Under the pieces are notes generated by a model, which made no database searches, was not told the DNA's origin, and worked only from the letters and a program-made list of their open reading frames with translations. 64,000 nt of DNA from an uncultured Verrucomicrobiae bacterium (lineage in GTDB: Bacteria > Verrucomicrobiota > Verrucomicrobiia > Limisphaerales > Palsa-1400). Each line of letters opens with the position of its first letter. The stretch's first letter is position 1. Made by a program: the position numbers and the translations under genes. Positions 60,415-64,000 of this stretch are shown here, piece by piece. Where the stretch lies: positions 2,784,001 to 2,848,000 of the forward strand of contig OY969763.1 in the NCBI GenBank assembly GCA_963702845.1, in the 5' to 3' direction.

Positions 60415-60885
60415 AGGCTTTTTTGATTTTTTGGTTTAAGTGCCGAGGGTCGACTGCGATTGTTAAAGAACCAAAGAAGGGCTGTCAACCGGTTTCGCTC
60501 TGGCGCTCGTTTTAATTTCCAAAGCTCAACAAACAATTAAAGATGGAAAGCGACGGAAGGGACGAACTGAAATCAATCGCACGATGAAGCTGGATCCGTT
60601 GCCAATGCGCTGCTGACGATTCTATGGGCGGGTTTCTTCCGCTCGTAGCCGCCAACGTAAGGCGGCGGATTATTTCGACGTCGCAATTCGCTGCGTTTCA
60701 CGGTTGTTCAACGTCCGGTGAACACGCAGACAATCACCCTGCTTTATGACTTCTTCTGGCACCAAGTAGCGAAATCACTACTTAGCGCAAATAGATTCAC
60801 GATTGACCCGCATCAAAGACGCCTCTGTCAAACAATGTCACACTCGCAAAAAGCACTGGGATGCGTCGGGCTCTCGGCGAGAAAG

Positions 60886-61018
60886 ATACAGAATCCCCCT
60901 CAATGACTTGAGGCGGAGGCGTCGGCGGGTTAACGACAAAGTCGCGAAACGACACAATCTCCGGCAAAGGCTGCGGCACAGCGCCAAGATCAACCGCAAT
61001 GTCAATTTGCTCGCTCAT
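60886..61018 (-). pseudogene. 5' fragment of probable AAA/RepA-type (AAA_25-like) helicase, truncated
   Basis: MSEQIDIAVDLGAVPQPLPEIVSFRDFVVNPPTPPPQVIEG(ILY) resembles the lead-in to the P-loop of primase-associated helicases; no Walker A remains. Confidence 0.5.
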
Positions 61019-61038
61019 TCAAAGCACCTGCCTACCCT

Positions 61039-61716
61039 GTGAGCGTGGAACGCCGATGGAAAATTGCGCTTGCAGTCGTTGCGACTGCCGCGATTTCTGC
61101 CGCCGTTCTCCTGACAATCAGGAATGACGAGCCCACATACCAAGGCCGCAGGCTCTCTGAGTGGGTTATCGACGTCAGCACCTATCACTTCGGCATTAGA
61201 ACCAACGTGGCTGAAGGGAGCGTGCCGGTTGAGGCTGTCCTTGCAATAGGAACAAATGCTCTGCCATGGATGGTCAACTGGATTGCCTCCGAACCGACTG
61301 GACAATATGCCCAGTTGCGATGGGAGATTCCGGTGCTCAGCAAGCTCGCGGTACGCGAGACCGCCCTCGTAAGGGGATCGCGCGATATGCTCAATCACTA
61401 TGAGACCAACACAGATCCCGCTGTTCCTTTGATAACCGAACAATTGCAACGCTTGCAACCGTCGCCTGCCGTCGAAGAGCTGGGCTACACACTTCTCAGT
61501 ATCGGGTCCCCCGCCGCGGTAGCAGCACTCTGCAATTGTATCACGAACACGAAAATGTCCGTCGATAATCGGCTGCTCCTGATCTACGAGCTTGAAACGC
61601 ACTGGAGTGTGAGTGATCGCGATATGAACATGGAGGTGGCGTTGACTAACTGCCTTGCCGACCCAATGCCGGAAATTAGGGGAGCAGCTCAAAGATGTCT
61701 GCGGGCCCGCCAGTAG
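61039..61716 (+). CDS. Array cargo 1: membrane-anchored HEAT-like repeat protein
   Basis: RRWKIA-TM-EPTYQGRRLSEW, IGTNALP, LADPMPEIRGAA; start 61039 or 61045. Confidence 0.8.
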   Translation: MSVERRWKIALAVVATAAISAAVLLTIRNDEPTYQGRRLSEWVIDVSTYHFGIRTNVAEGSVPVEAVLAIGTNALPWMVNWIASEPTGQYAQLRWEIPVLSKLAVRETALVRGSRDMLNHYETNTDPAVPLITEQLQRLQPSPAVEELGYTLLSIGSPAAVAALCNCITNTKMSVDNRLLLIYELETHWSVSDRDMNMEVALTNCLADPMPEIRGAAQRCLRARQ

Positions 61717-61769
61717 GCACCACAGTCCACCGATTGAACGAATTTCTTGTTCGGTTGAGTTCATTGAAC

Positions 61770-61878
61770 CCTCAACCCAACGAGTTTCTGCAGCCGTCCA
61801 TCCCTGAAAGCCCCCGGGACACGGACCGCTTGTCGCCACAGCGCCAAGATCAACCGCAATGTCAATTTGCTCGCTCAT
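61770..61878. repeat. Hybrid junction repeat: primase 3' end copy (61770-61833) fused to helicase 5' start copy (61834-61878)
   Basis: Matches 63830-63893 and 60977-61018. Confidence 0.9.
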
Positions 61879-61882
61879 TCCG

Positions 61883-62128
61883 TCATTTCACTCGCCACAA
61901 GCGCAAGTAGCGCCAATCGGGTTGTTGTTTGACACGAAGCTTCCAACCATTGCGCCGGCACGTCGCATAAATGTTCGGCATCGGCGGCTCGCACAGCAGC
62001 ACGCTGTCGCCGATTTCCATGCTCCGGATCAGCGTTGCCCATTTCGCGCCACGGGCCCAACGGTTGCCCACGGGTTTTGTGGGCGGGAGTGGAATGCTCT
62101 TGTCGATTTTGAACTCAGTCTCACTCAT
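61883..62128 (-). CDS. Small phage-type putative DNA-binding protein
   Basis: FKIDKSIPLP...MEIGDS...LRLWRVK pattern; flanked by 12-bp direct repeat GCTCGCTCATTC. Confidence 0.7.
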   Translation of the reverse strand: MSETEFKIDKSIPLPPTKPVGNRWARGAKWATLIRSMEIGDSVLLCEPPMPNIYATCRRNGWKLRVKQQPDWRYLRLWRVK

Positions 62129-62168
62129 AGTCATTTTCGCTCGCTCATTCAAAGCACCTGCCTACTCT

Positions 62169-62876
62169 GTGTACGTGAAGCGTCAGTGGAAAATTGCGAT
62201 TGCTGGTGCGGCGCTGATTGCAATCGTCGCCGCTATCAAGCTGACCGGCTCCGAACCGGAATACAAAGGCCGCAAACTTTCGGAGTGGATATCTGAGTGC
62301 AAGTACGCTTATTCGGAGGCACAGCCGAAGGAAGCCGCCCAAGCATTGCGTGAAATGTGCCCAACCGCTCTTCCGACACTTGTCGATTGGATAGGTTATG
62401 AAAAGTCGGATCAAACCAAGCGTGTGGAGAACTTCATCTGGGAGATTGCCGAGAAACTTGGCGTGGGAGCAAAGTTCGACCTTATGACGCGAAAAGGAGA
62501 AAACCGTGTAAACACGGCCTTCGACGCGTTCGAGGTCCTCGGGACAAATGCGGCGCCTGCCATTCCACAACTCTCGAATATGGTTATGAATGCAAACAAT
62601 CCCGGTACCGCCGCCAGTCGTGCGCTCTCGGCCCTTGCGTTGATTGGAAAATCGGGAAAACAAACGATTGTCTCGCTGCTGCACGATGCAAACAACCCCC
62701 ACCGCTCGCAAACTCTGGACGGCTTGTTTTACTTTTCTGTCGTGGATCGCGACACTCTCATAAAAGAAATCAACCAACACCTGACAAATTCCGACGTACA
62801 AACGCGCACAACCGCTACCAATCTTTTGCAATCTTTGCGCAAAGTGGAGAAGATGCGCAAATCGGCCGCGCAATAA
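62169..62876 (+). CDS. Array cargo 2: membrane-anchored HEAT-like repeat protein
   Basis: RQWKIA-TM-EPEYKGRKLSEW, ALPTLVDWI, LGTNAAPAIPQL; start 62169 or 62175. Confidence 0.82.
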   Translation: MYVKRQWKIAIAGAALIAIVAAIKLTGSEPEYKGRKLSEWISECKYAYSEAQPKEAAQALREMCPTALPTLVDWIGYEKSDQTKRVENFIWEIAEKLGVGAKFDLMTRKGENRVNTAFDAFEVLGTNAAPAIPQLSNMVMNANNPGTAASRALSALALIGKSGKQTIVSLLHDANNPHRSQTLDGLFYFSVVDRDTLIKEINQHLTNSDVQTRTTATNLLQSLRKVEKMRKSAAQ

Positions 62877-62920
62877 CCGCACAAAACTGTTTGTCTCCGT
62901 TCTCATCCGTAATTTCACTC

Positions 62921-63029
62921 CCTCAACCAAACGAGTCTCTGCAGCCGCCCATCCCTGAAAGCCCCAGGAACACGAACCAGTTGCCGCCACAGCACCAAGA
63001 TCAACCGCAATGTCAATTTGCTCGCTCAT
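62921..63029. repeat. Second hybrid junction repeat: primase 3' end copy (62921-62984) fused to helicase 5' start copy (62985-63029)
   Basis: Same length and fusion point as 61770-61878. Confidence 0.9.
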
Positions 63030-63049
63030 TCAACGCACCTGCCTACTCT

Positions 63050-63757
63050 GTGAACGTGAAACGACGGTGGAAAATTGCGATTGCCGCAGCAGCGCTGATT
63101 GCCATTGTCGCTTCGCTTGAATTGGCAACGCGCGATCCCGAACCGAGTTACCACGGTCGCACGCTTTCGGAATGGGTTTCTGCTTACAAACCGCTGTACT
63201 TCTCTGCTCGTCGGAACGAAGACCTCAACAGCGCAAGAACAAGCGAAGTCGGGCAGGCGTTGCGCGAGATGAATCCAGCCGCGCTTCCCACTCTCGTTGA
63301 GTGGATTGGCTATGAAATACCCACTTCCCCGCCTTATTTCGAATACGCTGTGTCTCGCGTCTTTGGATACGACAGCAGGTTGTACGCAATGATAACCAAG
63401 AAAAAGGCACGCATCTGGGAAACGGTGATAGCCTTCGATGCACTCGGAACGAATGCGTCTCCCGCGATCCCACAGCTCACGACTATGGTCATCAACTCCA
63501 AGCATCCTGACTCTGCTCGGCCTGCGCTTGAGGCTATGGCAGCGATCGGCAAACCTGGAATGCAAGCGATGGTCGCGCTCCTTCACAATCCGAACAACCC
63601 CTATCGGGAAGTCACTTTGGATAGACTTAAGTTGTGTGCTTCTATTGATCAAAAAACGGTGACAGACGAGGTTCGGCAGAGCCTGACTGATGCTGATCCG
63701 CATATGCGTAGCACCGCCCGGTTCGTATTGTACTGTCTCGAGCATTCCTCGCATTGA
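63050..63757 (+). CDS. Array cargo 3: membrane-anchored HEAT-like repeat protein
   Basis: RRWKIA-TM-EPSYHGRTLSEW, ALPTLVEWI, LGTNASPAIPQL, LTDADPHMR; start 63050 or 63056. Confidence 0.82.
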   Translation: MNVKRRWKIAIAAAALIAIVASLELATRDPEPSYHGRTLSEWVSAYKPLYFSARRNEDLNSARTSEVGQALREMNPAALPTLVEWIGYEIPTSPPYFEYAVSRVFGYDSRLYAMITKKKARIWETVIAFDALGTNASPAIPQLTTMVINSKHPDSARPALEAMAAIGKPGMQAMVALLHNPNNPYREVTLDRLKLCASIDQKTVTDEVRQSLTDADPHMRSTARFVLYCLEHSSH

Positions 63758-63823
63758 CGGCTCGTTTGTCTGATGTGAAGCAGCGTTCATCTGTGGTTTG
63801 TTTCGATTCATCGTGGCCGTCTG

Positions 63824-64000
63824 CTAAGACCTCAACCAAACGAGTTTCTGTAGCCGTCCGTCCCTGAAAGCCCCAGGCACACGGACCGGTTGCGAATACG
63901 TAAAAACTTTCGGATCACACCCAAACACCTCGAGCGCGGCCTTCAATCGCCCCTCGTGCAAACGAGTGCGCGGCGCATCAAACCACGCGTGCAAAGATTT
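63824..64000 (-). CDS. 3' part of probable primase (AEP/RepB-like), enters from beyond the window
   Basis: Manual translation KSLHAWFDAPRTRLHEGRLKAALEVFGCDPKVFTYSQPVRVPGAFRDGRLQKLVWLRS*; SLHAWF, D and RVPG fit AEP-type motifs. Not in ORF track. Confidence 0.65.
   Translation of the reverse strand, partial: KSLHAWFDAPRTRLHEGRLKAALEVFGCDPKVFTYSQPVRVPGAFRDGRLQKLVWLRS

Noticed and set aside
61015..63029. Minus-strand ORFs 61015..61878 and 62145..63029 starting MSEQIDIAVDLGAV as real proteins
   Set aside because: Only the first 14 codons come from the duplicated start; the rest is off-frame primase tail and antisense of cargo genes.
60960..63900. CRISPR array or attC array interpretation of the repeats
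   Set aside because: Repeats are ~110 bp, separated by whole genes, lack AAC/GTT palindromic boxes and derive from coding ends; no cas genes.

Overview
Bacterial chromosomal window, most likely Verrucomicrobiota (Pedosphaera-like). This is inferred from the DUF1501/DUF1549/DUF1553/planctomycete-cytochrome clusters, H-X9-DG prepilins, Ig-repeat giant proteins and 'EPxYxGRxLSEW' helical-repeat proteins. Housekeeping genes (recQ 5' part, an ECF sigma/anti-sigma trio, mpg, trmB, sucA, cinA, fur, atpD-atpC) alternate with accessory regions: (i) a ROK regulator, two prepilins and two giant secreted Ig/propeller proteins (7-22 kb); (ii) an orphan TerS-like/TerL pair with no capsid or portal genes, preceded by two extra copies of a terL 3' end, each paired with a small convergent ORF (30-33.5 kb); (iii) an integrase-less integron cassette array with five attC sites, one split exactly at its GTT core by an IS110-family element whose non-coding end contains readable bridge-RNA-like guide loops (48.5-53.7 kb); (iv) a tandem array of paralogous cargo genes, each bounded by a copy of a primase 3' end and a copy of a probable AAA-helicase 5' start, fused at the same junction (60.9-64 kb). 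An identical palindrome, TCACTTGGAC-N7-GTCCAAGTGA, precedes both the terminase unit and a distant small ORF, and blocks of 10-bp-periodic repeats occur at three loci. Together these point to a dispersed, phage-derived system that uses gene ends as cassette boundaries. No rRNA, tRNA or CRISPR array was recognised. All family assignments are from motif recognition by eye, not database searches.
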